Below are positions 13,001-25,802 of a stretch of DNA of 64,000 nucleotides, piece after piece. The notes beneath the pieces are model-generated. The model worked only from the letters and a program-made list of their open reading frames with translations. It did no database searches and was not told the DNA's origin. The position numbers and the translations under genes are program-made. The stretch's first letter is position 1. Each line of letters opens with the position of its first letter. Origin of the DNA: Tubulanus polymorphus (Eukaryota; Animalia; Nemertea); assembly GCF_964204645.1 (NCBI RefSeq), contig NC_134025.1, positions 23,292,299 to 23,356,298 of the forward strand. The letters run 5' to 3'.

Positions 13001-13988
13001 TTAGATAAGCATGAATTTATTGATGGCATGGATCAGAGTGACTAGTAGGACGCATTTTACCACGTTACTGTTTAGACGATTTGAGTTGTTGCAGAATTTG
13101 TGAGAGTTGCAGCATTCAACGATTTTGTCGTTAAAATGACCCAATTCGCAAGTTGTGTCGCAGTGATGTCGTATTCCAGTCGTCGTCGTTGTTTTCTAGA
13201 AAGAAGATTCCTGATCTGTGACTCAAAGCTGGTTTACTCATATTGTCAGATATCAATGTTGACAATGTCATGATTTTCGCAGTTATCATACTATACATAT
13301 GGAGCCCCGGAGGTGACGGGGGGAAAATGAATATGTTTTCCGTGTGAATGAAATAATCTTTTCGTTCTAACGAAATGTTTTCCATGGGAACGAAGTCTTT
13401 TTCGTTCGAAATAAAGGTTTTCCGCGGAAACGAAATAACCTTTTCGTTCGAATGAAAAAGATTTCGTTCCCAAGGAAAAGATTTTTTATTCGAACGAATA
13501 ACTTTTCGTTACCACTTCAAACCTTTCGTTCCTTTTATCTATTTTTCACCATGTCACGGCGCTCCGTTATACACATTTGTTTTGCTTACCACACACCACT
13601 GACTGTAACATGTACCATAATCTGACAGAAGCTCGCCGTTAACCTTTGTCCATTTGTTGCGACATTGTAAACCATTGCAAACTCCTGCAACAAAAATACA
13701 ACGAATGAATCTTAAACGACACTCTTTCACTATTCCGTAGCAATCATCGGAGATTAGACTGAGCTCTTTCGTAAAGATTTGACAGTAAATCCGGTATTCC
13801 TAATTGAAACCTGTTAAAATGGATGTGCATGCGGCCACTGACTGGTGAATGAATTAGTCCCGCATTGAAAATACGTGAGAGCTTGATATCGTATAGCCTC
13901 TGTTAATTACACTTTTGAAACCCCTTATGATGAAGTATTTACCGGCAATACTGAGCAAGATAAAAATGACCAATCTCTTCAACATCAT
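13001..13988 (-). CDS. Ly6/uPAR (three-finger)-like protein, paralog of the previous gene, 111 aa
   Basis: Exons 13988-13943, 13684-13590, 13195-13001. Signal peptide MMLKRLVIFILLSIA; LQCRNK...GTCYSQWCV; CCNSHKFCN; hydrophobic tail. Exon 2 is 95 nt with the same intron phases as the + strand gene. Confidence 0.8.
13299..13567. mobile_element. MITE-like element with internal short repeats, in intron 2 of the minus-strand Ly6 gene
   Basis: Imperfect inverted ends ATGGAGCC..GGTGAC / GTCAC..GCTCCGT; interior built from repeated TTTTCGTTC..GAAA units. Confidence 0.55.
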
Positions 13989-16900
13989 CCTATATCAAAG
14001 CTGCGTGATGCTTTCGCTATCTAAAAGTAAGCCTCGTTCTTGAAACCTTTATTCCACAATGATATCAAAATGCACGCAGTTATTAGCATTCTGATAAGTA
14101 AATTTGCTTAACCTTGATTATTGATATCACATCGTCGACTGAGCTGTTTAAACTTAGAGTAGGTGAGGTGAGGTCTTTACATGTACCGATTGAAACGTAT
14201 ATTTACTAATTTTGAGTTGCGATCTGCGTTTGGTTCCGCTATGCTATACGTATATCTTACAGTATTGAAATGATTATCCACAAAATGCGAACCTTATAAT
14301 GCTCAGTGTTGGACCTTATTTGGGCGAAAAGCTAACCTTACCTGAACTGTAGTTAGGATGACCCAAAAATTCCCAAATCTTTTCTCCTGCAGGTCAACGA
14401 TAAACGAAAATAAGTTTTTTAAGATAATAAGTTTACGATTCTTTTTAAAACTATCAATGAAAATGATACGGAAAAAATTGGAGAATCCATTTGTCTTGAC
14501 ATCCTTGTTAAGTACCGTCTCCGATAATTGAACACGCCAATTGATTACTAAGATTGATGACATTTTGTATTTACTCGACTGTCTTATAAAAGATACGTTT
14601 TCGGAAATGGAGAGTAGGTTTTTCTAACTGGTACCATGGCACACAGTCACCGTCTATCATAATAAAATGCCAGAAATTACGTCAATAGTCGTCATCGTTG
14701 AATTAGGTTCGGATTTACATTTCCATATTTTGACCACTGGAGAATTTCAGAATTCAAGAATGAGATCCTATCATTGACGTGCATTGCATATTGATGTATA
14801 TATGTTGAGTGGAATTATCAATAACGACAACTCTCAGTCACATTGGCTTTAAGGGAAATCACAGAAATATAGCTAACAACCAAAACAAAATCGTTAACTA
14901 TTGTATCATCATTCTCCTAGGGGTGATATTCCTTCTTTACTGAGTTCCGTATTCTGAATTCATGTTCATCTCATAGAAATGGACATCATACGAAAATATA
15001 TATACCGATAATACGATCTTCAAACATATTTCCTATGAGATATATATTTATATATCATCCTACGCATCCTGGATTTGAAGCGAAACATTTGGATGTTTAA
15101 ACGATGACCGCAAAATATTTTCTGCGAAAAGAAAGCCACTGCAAACGATTCAACTGAAAATGGAAGATATTTTGCGCGCAGTAGGTCGCAATTCAATTCT
15201 GATTCATCGTGACGTCAGGATAATAGAATTTCCCTCGCGGAAATCAGACATCCACCACAGAAAACGTATCGTACGTTACGTACATTGTGAAGAACCGGTC
15301 GTGGTGGTTATGAGAAAATCGGCAATAAAATTCATCTTCGGAATACAAAAGTACTTAAAACTGTAAGTATAATTGGCTATTCTAAATGAATTTCACCGAT
15401 AGATTACAGTATTACTGATGTTAATGTAAAATTACTCATACTTCAGTGCTGTAATACTGTGGCACAGTACTGTCGAGTATGATAAGAGATCGATACCGAT
15501 ATTACCGCCATGTTTTGCAGTACAACCACTGCTATTCCAGTACCAATATTTATCAGTGATGTCTTGCTAATAATTTCATATGTCTCCTATTTTTCTAGTA
15601 GATTCAGACTTTACAGTAAATTTGAACAAATAGCTCGAGTTGAGTACTTGCATCGTAGGCTACTAACGAATATTCGAAATTATTCACTTTTGAGTTTACC
15701 TCCTAATCTTGAATCAAAAAGGATTACGATTTTCTTTCGATATTGACTGTTTCAAACTAGTATATCCGATATTGAAATTGTCGTTATCATACACCGGCAA
15801 CAGGTATGGCCTATATGAATTCTACATGCATAAATGAATTGGTATTTCAAAAATATTTACCGATTTACGTTAATGAACTGTCGAGCCTTTTAATGGCATT
15901 TTTTGTTCTCATACAACAACATTCTCATTGCGTACATTGAAACCTGTTAAACATTATGAATTTAATAGATTCGCGAGTATATGGAAAAACACTCTACACG
16001 ATGTCATACGGGCTTGTCGTCATTCATAAACTGATGCATTAATTTATTTTGTTCGATGAATAAGCCACGTATACGTAGGTGCGGTACATCGTATAAACGC
16101 TCCCTATCGCGTCGTTTCCACATCACAGATGAAATTTTTTCCACTCAAACACACGCACACGCGTGTAATTTTTCTGTAGACACTTCACATTTTAAAAACG
16201 GAAATGATAGAAGGATGATTCACATACCATCATTACCATGAAGGCATTTTTGTCTAAGTTCAGTGCATTGAAAATCGTCATGTTGAAAACATGTCCTTTC
16301 ACAAGAGACAATAAAGGTCTCCATACTTCCCAGATGCCCAGAAGATATCGGAATTTCTCATAGGTAAAAGGAGACTATTCTATAGTCTATAGGCCTACTT
16401 GCAATGGAATAGGTCGAGGTCACAGAAAAATTTCTTGTTGATATGCTCATTCTTCAGTACAAAATACTTGACTTCATTGACATCAAAATTGCTATTTTAT
16501 GGCAAACTAGGTAAAAATTTCCGGCTGTAAATTTTTTCTTTAAAAAAAAACATTGCTTTCAATCTATAGCGTATAGTAACCCCGGAAAGAATGTTTATAG
16601 GCAAGAAAACAATCGAATAGCGATTGCGATATCCGCCGTCTTGAACTATGCTAGATGAGATGACTTTTTATGGAATTTTCATCGACTAGAATAGAACCAT
16701 GTGCTTCCCACGTCTCCATTTGACATCATGTACCAAGCATCTGCCACGGTTTCAGAGAGACCGAATAGAAGGCATAACATCGAAACTATTCAATACAGGG
16801 GCGGATCTAGGATTTTTCAGTAGGGGTTGGGTCCAACAAAAAGGGACCATATGAAATGTTACTGTAAAACGACCGTGAGGAGGAGGGTGCGATAGAAATC

Positions 16901-17749
16901 TTTTGAAATTTTGAGATTTCCACGAAGTTGAACAATGAATTCCATGAAACTAATCATGAGTAATACACAATACTATAACACAACAATCTATGCGTTCCAT
17001 CGAAATGATATGTTCTGAACCAATTTCATTACAAAAGTCGTTGCATGGACATCGACCGAGAAGCTTTCGTCTACGAGCAATCATCTCAATGAGATGATTG
17101 CTCGTTGACAATGCATAGAATATAAAACATTTCATAACATTTACGTATATATATTATTTGGGCCCCCATATATCTAATATATATATATAACATTAACAAC
17201 ATTTACATGTGAATAAAAAATCTATTCTGCATCCCTCTGTAGAAAGTAATTGAGATATTTCGAGGTCTTCAAAGAACACTAAAAATTATCACGATTCATG
17301 TATCATTTATGTTGGAAATTATTGTGCATATTTGAGAGAAAGTCACGTTCAGGGTCTCGATATTTTTAACAGGCCTACATATTCGATTGGCGTCGGTCCT
17401 CATATACGTGTAGAAATAGTTTTGCGCAATAATTTCATCAGGTTCGAAAATTGTTTGACCTATCCCTGATCCGATGTTAATTTGTATACAATGCTTTTCA
17501 TTTCAGTGAGACGGAGAGAGCGCTACTATAGGCCTACTGTATTAATACTGCAACGTACGTAAGGTTCTTACCAAACGACTCCTCCATACCGCTGGTGTAA
17601 AGAAAGAATTCGTGACGTAGAAAAGACGAATACAACGAAATGGTTTATTCCGAATGTGTTATTACGTAGGTATACGAAGTGGTTGTTGGAGTGCTGCTAA
17701 AAATGACTGGTGTTTAGGGAGTGCAGTTTCAGAACGGGAGTAATATAAC

Positions 17750-18808
17750 ATGACTATGTACACAACTCGGATACAACGATATCGTTTGTCGCAAATAGAC
17801 GAAGAATCCGACGTTAGCGTTCTCGATTTTAATGGCATGGAGGAGGAATTTCAAAACTTTAATCTAATCGACAAAGAACATACGGCGCAATTAAAAGACG
17901 GTGCGACATCGCCGATTTATTGCTCTACGGACGAACTTGTCGTATCTGCGCCTCCGCAGAATGATGTTGACGAGACGACGACGAAAGAAGCCGTTAAAAA
18001 GATCGCTGATAAATACGATTCGCTGGAACGCATGCAGAGTCACATAAACAGAAACGCGATCATGCAACAGGATATGGACGGTGACGGCCATCGGGCCGAT
18101 GAAGCTGATCGTTCTGTCGTACCGGTGGTTGATGTGTTCGAATCTGTACCTCGGCCCGAACAAATCACCGACGGTGATATTGCGCAGGTCGAAATGTTTT
18201 ATCGTAGCCACCAATCCACGGTTACGGTTTGTCAGGCGTTGACGAATTTGTATTTTGGACAAGCAAAGTCGGATATGTCCGGTGATAACTGGGAACTGTT
18301 CAGAACTGGAATACCAGTAGTGATTTTGGACAGCGGACAAGGCCGACGAAGGCGAATGTTACATATCGTGCTAGCCGAAAAGGGAACAGGGTTTACTTTA
18401 TGGAGGGATCATATAGACCATTTGTCCTGTTATAAGATGGTTCAACCGAACTTCCATACTGTTTTTATGTCAAATGACCACACGCGTCTGGCCGGATTAA
18501 GTTTCGACGATGCAGTGGCGGCAAACGACTTTTTAAACACGATACAAACATTGACTTCCGATCCGAGCGACGAAATGCTTAGCACCGGTCGAAAGAAGAA
18601 GGAAAAGCCGAAGAAATCCAAAGGTAAATTCAAGGCTCCGAAGAAAACCGATATATCGCAACCGTGTTGTTTCGTGCATGTGACTAAGTTGGAAAATTCG
18701 GAAAATTTCGGCAGCGTCCAAGCATCTAGTCGACCAAGGCCCCCGTCGGTTATACAACAGCTCGGTAGTAATAACGGAGTGACAGCAGTACCAACTGACC
18801 AGGAATAA
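17750..18808 (+). CDS. WH1/EVH1-like domain protein with basic region and CRIB-like motif (resembles insect MESR3-like proteins), 352 aa
   Basis: Single long ORF. WELFRTGIPVV...LAEKGTGFTLWRDHID...FHTV...AGLSFDDAVAANDF fits a WH1/PH-like fold, followed by a Lys-rich segment and DISQPCCFVHV (CRIB-like ISxPxxFxHV). A 5'UTR acceptor TTTCAG lies at ~17506. Confidence 0.7.
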   Translation: MTMYTTRIQRYRLSQIDEESDVSVLDFNGMEEEFQNFNLIDKEHTAQLKDGATSPIYCSTDELVVSAPPQNDVDETTTKEAVKKIADKYDSLERMQSHINRNAIMQQDMDGDGHRADEADRSVVPVVDVFESVPRPEQITDGDIAQVEMFYRSHQSTVTVCQALTNLYFGQAKSDMSGDNWELFRTGIPVVILDSGQGRRRRMLHIVLAEKGTGFTLWRDHIDHLSCYKMVQPNFHTVFMSNDHTRLAGLSFDDAVAANDFLNTIQTLTSDPSDEMLSTGRKKKEKPKKSKGKFKAPKKTDISQPCCFVHVTKLENSENFGSVQASSRPRPPSVIQQLGSNNGVTAVPTDQE

Positions 18809-21449
18809 AAGCGCCATTTATATCACAGTTCAACGAACAGATTTGCATTTACATGTATTAAACAGTCAGTATATATATATATATATATAGTATTTCTCTA
18901 CGATATTGTATATACGAAAGTACTGAATACAGAGAGGCAGTGTGTTGATGAGTTGGCTATTTTTGTCTTATCTTCGAGAAAGATAATTATTTGCTCGGAA
19001 GCTTGGGTGAAACAGAAGGTTCATTTTCTCGTATTTGGATTGCTACTTTTCATTTTGTATTATTCGATATTCCACATTTTTTGAGTCGCAAAATATAATG
19101 TAGTTTATGTACGTATATTTACAGAAGCTATCTGTGCATGTATACTTTGCTGAAACAATCTGGTCAGAATTATATATATACTAATTAGAGGTTGAAATCT
19201 CGTCTATGTCAGCACTGCATTTAGTAATTATCTGTGCGCATTAACAATTATATTAATATCAGCGTAATTTTGTATTGTCACAGTGCAGCGATGAGCTATC
19301 GGTGAGAGAATTATTATTACATAATTCGATTCACGTTCTAGGGAATGAAAACTGGTGCTTCGCGGACATAACTGTTATTAAGGTATACCGAAATTACCAG
19401 CAGGAAATTGCTGCAACAAGTTGATATATATCCGTATTCATTTCATTGACATCGATAGTGACACTATTGAATGTAGAAAAATGTCAAGTACATTTTTTCC
19501 TGAAACAAGTTTTATCACGTACGTAAATGAACGAATTCCTCCGCAGACGGCCGTAATAATGTAAACACAACAGAGAACATTACAGATATGTATATACATA
19601 TATGGATATATGGCTATAAAAATGATTTACTTTTATAAAAAGATATTATGTTTGGTCGCTGTATGAAAATATACAAAATTGATTGTATTGTATACTAGGT
19701 AAACCAGTGCAAGAACAGTCCCCGCGTGGCTTATTAGAAGGAAAAAAAACTTTGATATGTATATTGTTTTAACCCCGGTAGATCTCCAAGCCAAGAGACT
19801 TAAACTCGGTGAGGTTTTGGTAGAGGATGTTGTTTTTTTCATATTATAAAAGAACGCACTGAGTCCGTCCTGGTAAAATGTAGGCGTTTTCATTGTGGCC
19901 GCGTATTTTTGATGTGATACTGATATATGAAGGAGCGTTTTTCAGCGAACGTTTCTCTTGTTACAAATCTCCCCTCGTTAGCGTTACAACTCGACGTCAG
20001 AATCTCTAAATGTAACGGTTTAAGATTACAGCAGTCGCTGTTTTTGTTTTTGTAGAATATGTAAATAAACGCTTCTATCCACGTTTTTCACATTGAATGT
20101 GTGTTTACGTCAGCTTCAGCAATGCCTTCCGTTGTATATTCGCTTGCCAGAGTTCGTTTCTGGCAAGCGAATGATGCGATTACGTTTTTATACGTATGCA
20201 TTTCATCCCACGGGGAAACTGTCTTCGGGCTGGTTCGTATTAAGTACTGAAATAGTCTTGTCTCATTTTTATCACCGATTGTTCGATGAGAAGAATTCAT
20301 GATATTTATATTAACATAGTCTCACCGAGCTACCCCACTACTCCTGGATTCGTCCGTCAAATATCGATTTACAGGATTATGTCTGGTATGGTTACACAGG
20401 CGAAACCATTTTTTGGTGTTGCATTGATTTATCCAATGCATTGGTAGACTTGAAATACCTCATAGACTCTTGAAATACCTAATACCATTTGAAGTGAATA
20501 CACAGCTCCTAAATCGTAGCATCTCATGCAAATTTCCTGAGACCTTTGTTAATTTCTAAATCACAGCATTTTGTATCCATGACAGAACAGATAGCGACAC
20601 GCCATACGAAAGGGTTTCGTAGCGTGTGTTCTTTAAATTCTTATTTCTTTACGAGCCAAAGAACTATGCAATACATTCGTTCTTATGATGTTCAAGTGAA
20701 GCTAGATTGTAATACTATTGTATATGTGGTGCTATGAAAAAAAGTAATAAATTTATTTAAATCATCAGAAAAAAATATTTCTCTTCTTAATTATGATCAA
20801 TTTGGAAAGAAGGCGTTGCATTTCAGATACTAGGACGGGCGGCCTGCTGTGATTAAACGACCCGTAGTACAATTCGGTAAAGGAAGCACGGAATCTTAAA
20901 ATAAACAGATTTTAAGGCCAGAGTATGATAATGATCTGAACGACATGCGTATTGGTTTTTTGCAACATCCAACTTAACATTGAAAAAAGATAATTTTAGC
21001 CGTTATCATCTTGGTAAAAAGTATATTTCACTGTGATTTTTACAAGCTTGACGTACGACCAAGCCGGCGGCCGAATTGCCATCACGGCTCTGGTCTCGGC
21101 CTTGTGCTGAGATATCGACGGGCGCTGATATTACCAGGGCTAGTGACGCCGTGCATTGGAAATGCCTCTGTGACATCTGAGGAATCACAGGGGCTCGTAT
21201 ATGAAGTATGGGGCCGGGGTGCTCAGGTGACAGGTACCACAAATCTAGCCGGCTCCTGATCTTTAAATGGCCCGTCTGAGGAATATAGATAACTTCAGAA
21301 AACTGTTTATTCTGTTTAAGGGTGTGTACATTAAACATAATTCAACTATGCTGTGTTTAAAATTTATGATTCGATCAATGCCGAAGCTTGACTGAATCCG
21401 AAGAGTTTCTACTATTCTCGGACAAACTCAGTTAGTCTTTCGTCGTAAT

Positions 21450-22890
21450 CGGTCATACTAAACACCGTCAGGAGCCGTCAGACACCGTCAGGAACCGCCA
21501 GAAACCGTCAGACACCGTCAGACACCGTCATGAAGAGTGAATCTTGAAGGCAGAAAAGGAAAGCAAATTTGAAACGACTCTTGAAAATACTAAAATGTTG
21601 TTTATTCACAATTTGAGAAATCAACTCAAGCTTATACATTAAGAGTACGCCGAAATTAAAATAAAGGCAAAATTGAAAATAACAATATACAAATACACTA
21701 CACAGGGTAAATGACTGACAAAATTGATATTTACATGAATAGGAAACGCAATCCCTGGTAAACAATTTATTGCGGCCCATTTATTCAACTTTTAAAAGGC
21801 AAAATAATCTAATGAAAAAAAGAAACTTTGAAAAATTTATACAAGGTAAATGACTGACAAAATTGATATTTACATGAATAGGAAACGCAATTTATTCAAC
21901 TTTTTTCCAACTGTAATGTACATTGAAATCAAGGCAATAAGTAATCGATCTTATTTTAGAATAATTATATTATAAGATTATTATAATATAAGATTTTATA
22001 CAAAATAAACAAATGAAAAATTAACTAGAAAATTAAATTTATATATACTAGTTGATACAAATATCCATGAAAATTGATATGACAATAAGAATGTATGTGT
22101 CAAGTTATGTTTTTTTTTATTGTAATTGATCTCGTCGCTCTTGAACGCTTTAATTGCCCTGGTTTCTTCGCTACTTTTGCGGTTTTCGGGATATTCAATT
22201 TTCCGTCACTGGACTTGATAACTTTTTCGATCGATTTTGTTTTTGATTTTGCACTGAAAAATGTATTCATGATCGCATCCTACTATACTATTCAGGCGCT
22301 CAATGAGATCAGGAATTTTCAAAATTTTCCAATTCGTCGATAGTTTTATGAGATTGTTCATACTTTCGCAATTATTATTAGTCCAGTTTAAAGGAACACG
22401 TTTCTCTATCTGCGTAGGAACAAAAACATGGAACATGGAACAGACCCAGTTTGCAATTTATTAATCAGTCACTTTGTTGTCATTTCGAAGTAATAACAAT
22501 TTGGCAAAATAAAGTGAATGTTAGATTTAGAAACAAAATCGGAAAAAATTTTAACTCAAACTACGTAAGAAACTAAAAACTACGATATATTACGAAAAGA
22601 TTTATTTCACAAAATTTGCTCAATTTGCACAGCGTATTGTTGAGTTTACCAAGGAAAACTCGTGTCATATAAAAAAATGTATTTCCAAATTCAATTTGCA
22701 CAGTAGGGCTCATTGAGTGTTGATTTTGATATAAAATATTCAATTTTAGAATTCACAATCATTGTTTTTTATTTCCTGACGGTGTTTAGTATAACCCGTG
22801 TGTTCATGACGGTGTCTGACGGTCTTCCTGACGGTGTCTGACGGTTCCTGGCGGTTCCTGACGGTGTCTGACGGTGTTTAGTATGACCCG
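21450..22890 (-). mobile_element. Mutator (MULE)-like deletion derivative with TIRs built from 10-bp tandem repeats
   Basis: Inverted ends GGTCATACTAAACACCGTCAG / CTGACGGTGTTTAGTATGACC, with (GACACCGTCA)n arrays at 21461-21530 and 22807-22877. Internal minus-strand remnant WTNNNCESMNNLIK and, in another frame, KKPGQLKRSR. Confidence 0.7.
22120..22436 (-). pseudogene. Truncated, frameshifted MULE-like transposase C-terminal fragment
   Basis: TNNxxESxNxxxK motif containing the catalytic Glu region of Mutator transposases; no N-terminal part present. Confidence 0.6.
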
Positions 22891-23004
22891 TCCATTGGGG
22901 CTCGCCGTCGCTATGGACACCAGGTGGCGTGTGTGCGTTAGTAGCCATCGCGTATCGACTTCCGCTCACTTCCGCGCTCGATTTCCTACTTTTAAATTGT
23001 AATA

Positions 23005-25802
23005 ATGTCAGAGAATTACGGGTCATGGACTGTACCGAAGCTGAAACAAGAGTTAAGCCGACGAGGTGCGGTAACCTATGGGAGGAAAATCAACCTAATT
23101 GAAAGGTAATTTAAATGTCGATCATATTTCCATGCGGTTGATGGTGTTCAGTCGTTTAGTCTGCGCAAAAATGTTGCAATGATCATGGAATCAACAGTGA
23201 TTTTTTGCCAAAATCATCGATGATTCTAGACCTATGCTCAAGTGAAATGAACGTGTTTTAATAGATCCAGAGATGAAAGCTAAACCTCAGTGGGTTGTGG
23301 GTCAGGGTATAGTACAAGTTTACCGTCACCAGCCCGGGCTGCGAGGATGGCTATGGCCGGTCCCACGCGTCCCGTCCCGCGATATCTTTCATTATTTTTC
23401 GGTTTTCATGTCCGGAAAATAAACATAATGCACATAAAAGTCATCGATAAAACGTTTTTTAAATCACTATTTGATATTATGATTGCCTTGAGAAGTTTAG
23501 ATGGCAATGTTTATATCTTGAAATGTAGGGATTATTATCGGGATGTAGGACGCCTTGTCAGCTAACCATCGCAACAGCTGAGTTACCACTGGCGCCATCT
23601 ATCGAACATGAATTGAAGCTGATGCCAAATTTTACTGCCAATGTATCCATAAATCATTGGACATGTCTGCTGCTGTGTCTAGTCTCTATTGAATTTTTAT
23701 ATGTTATTGGAATTATAGTCAGAACCCTGATCAACTTGAGGTGACGGTAAACTGAATACCTTACTTATATACCTTCTTACCACAACACAGTTGAGTTAAA
23801 TACAAATCTGTATGACCATGGACGTATAGACGTCCATGCTTGGAGTAATCATTTCGATGTAACATTTCAACTCTGGGTCAACTTTCTGTTAGTTGATTGA
23901 ATGATTTTTGACATTAGATGTTTATATTTCATGATTATTTCGTGTTCATTGCAGATTAGAAGCATACGGCCGTAACAACGATTTTAGGGGACCGGCCATA
24001 ACATTACCACAAGAAACAGTTCCGGAATGGCCCACATGCGGTTTCAAACAGCTTACAAATGATCATAAGATTGTATTGCCAAAATTCAATATTGACACAG
24101 TAACTGCATATTTCACGTATAGAATGGCAATGGACAACCACTGTACCAAAGACATTAAAGCTATTGAGAAGGGTCAGCAGCTCATAGAATCGCAACGTGT
24201 TCAAGCCTGCAGTATTCTCATCAAAAGCGGAATTGTTTATCTGACTGGATTAGTTGGTGCTGCTATGAAAAAAAAGGTAGGCCAGTTTTATATTTCATCA
24301 AAATAACACAATATTCCCTCCTTTAAATCCACATAAATCTGCAATACAACTGTATTCTTAAAAGGTTGTAATGTAGCAAACATTGTTGATTAGTTTATTT
24401 TTATATTTCATTGCAGATCTCATACTCGTACCAGATATCATTGTCTCAAACAACTGGTGAATTCAGAAACAGCCATTGTGAGTGCCCTGCCGGTAAGGGT
24501 CCTAATGGGACCTGTAAGCATGTCGCGGCTGTACTTTTGATGTTTGCTAATTTTGTGTCATCAGATGGGCCTAACGCTCCCGAAATACTTAAATCGTGTA
24601 CGGAAAATCTACAAACATTCCATAAGCCCAAGTCTGTTTATACTGGTAAGTTGTTTGGTTACATCGCCACCATTCAGCAAATTCGTACCCTATATATCTT
24701 ATTTTTTATAAATTCTGATGTAATGGCAATGTTTTACATAATGTACTTGGTTTTCAATTTTTAGCTCGGCTGTGACCTTGTTTAAATTTACCCGTCACTT
24801 CTTAACAGGTTCCCCTGTCAAGGCTGGTGACTTACCTCTATCAAAATCAAAGAAACGCGAGGTATCAATGGAGGATCCAAGGCCTGTGAAATACCGGAAA
24901 TCAGCTGGATACGAGGATTATGTCCGGGGAATTGTCCTTAATTACTGCTCTGTATCGTCTTTAGACCTACCCATCAAGTATAAGTACAAGAAAGCCGATA
25001 TCAAAACAGCAGCAATTGACCATGATTATCTGAAAAAAACTTTGCTTGAATATTGGGTGGAAAACTCTATTAAGGTAAGTTTTTAATCAACGTGTCTGAG
25101 AGTGACCTATGTTATCCTTCCCTCTGTGCTTATAATTAATATTCCATTTTGCCTTTTCAGTTAAATGAAACACAGGCAATATTACTAGAAAGGAGTACTA
25201 GGAAGCAGGCAGAATCTAGTCAATGGTTTCAGGAAAGGCAGCTACGATTAACTGCATCTCGTTTCGGTGAAATTGTTTCGCTCACGAAAAGGCGCAATAT
25301 CGACAAATTGTGTAAATCTCTTCACGATAATATTCCGTTGAGAAATGCTGCTGTTTGCCATGGAAAGACATTCGAAAGTAAGGCGATAGCGGCTTTTGAA
25401 GGTAAATTCTCCGTTAAAGTACAGCCTTGCGGACTTCATGTGAGGCCAGATATAGATTATCTAGGCGCGAGCCCAGATGGCCTTGTGTCTGAGGATGCCA
25501 TTGTTGAAGTGAAATGTCCGTATCGCGGTAGAAATGAACTTATTGCTCCGGGGCCATACTTCAAGTTTCTTAGTGCAAAAGATAAGAAGCTGAAACGTTC
25601 GCATAATTACTATGATCAGATTCAAGGACAGTTGCATATTTGCAAACGGAAAATGTGCTATTTCGTTGTTTATACTCATAAGGACCTTTATGTAGAGAGG
25701 GTTTATCATGATCAAAAACACTGTGAACTATCTCTGCTTCCAAAATTAGAAATCTTTTATAGGAAGTACTATTCAAAGTATTTAACAATGCATGCGTTCT
25801 AA
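23005..25802 (+). CDS. Transposon accessory protein: SAP domain + SWIM zinc finger + YqaJ (lambda-exonuclease-like PD-(D/E)xK) domain, 519 aa
   Basis: Exons 23005-23105, 23955-24276, 24417-24645, 24809-25074, 25161-25802 all splice in frame. SAP: WTVPKLKQELSRRGAVTYGRKINLIERL. SWIM: CECPAGKGPNGTCKH. YqaJ: WFQERQLRLTASRFG, LGASPDGL, VEVKCP, YYDQIQGQL. Confidence 0.88.

Noticed and set aside
13246-13290. Alternative acceptor at 13290 for the minus-strand Ly6 gene
   Set aside because: Leads to an early stop and loses the CC..CN motif; the acceptor at 13195 completes the domain.
21251-21265. TCC-TGA-T antizyme-like +1 frameshift site ending ORF 21011-21259
   Set aside because: The +1 frame stops after two codons and there is no antizyme similarity.
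21062-21290. RNase P/MRP RNA or group I intron identity for the structured segment
   Set aside because: Only partial motif resemblance; P4/P7 pairings and spacing do not fit.
21461-22877. Short repeat arrays as a CRISPR-like locus
   Set aside because: 10-bp units without unique spacers, arranged as inverted transposon termini in a eukaryotic genome.
21441-22896. 9-bp TSD for the Mutator-like element
   Set aside because: Flanks do not match even after removing the adjacent PHIS insertion.
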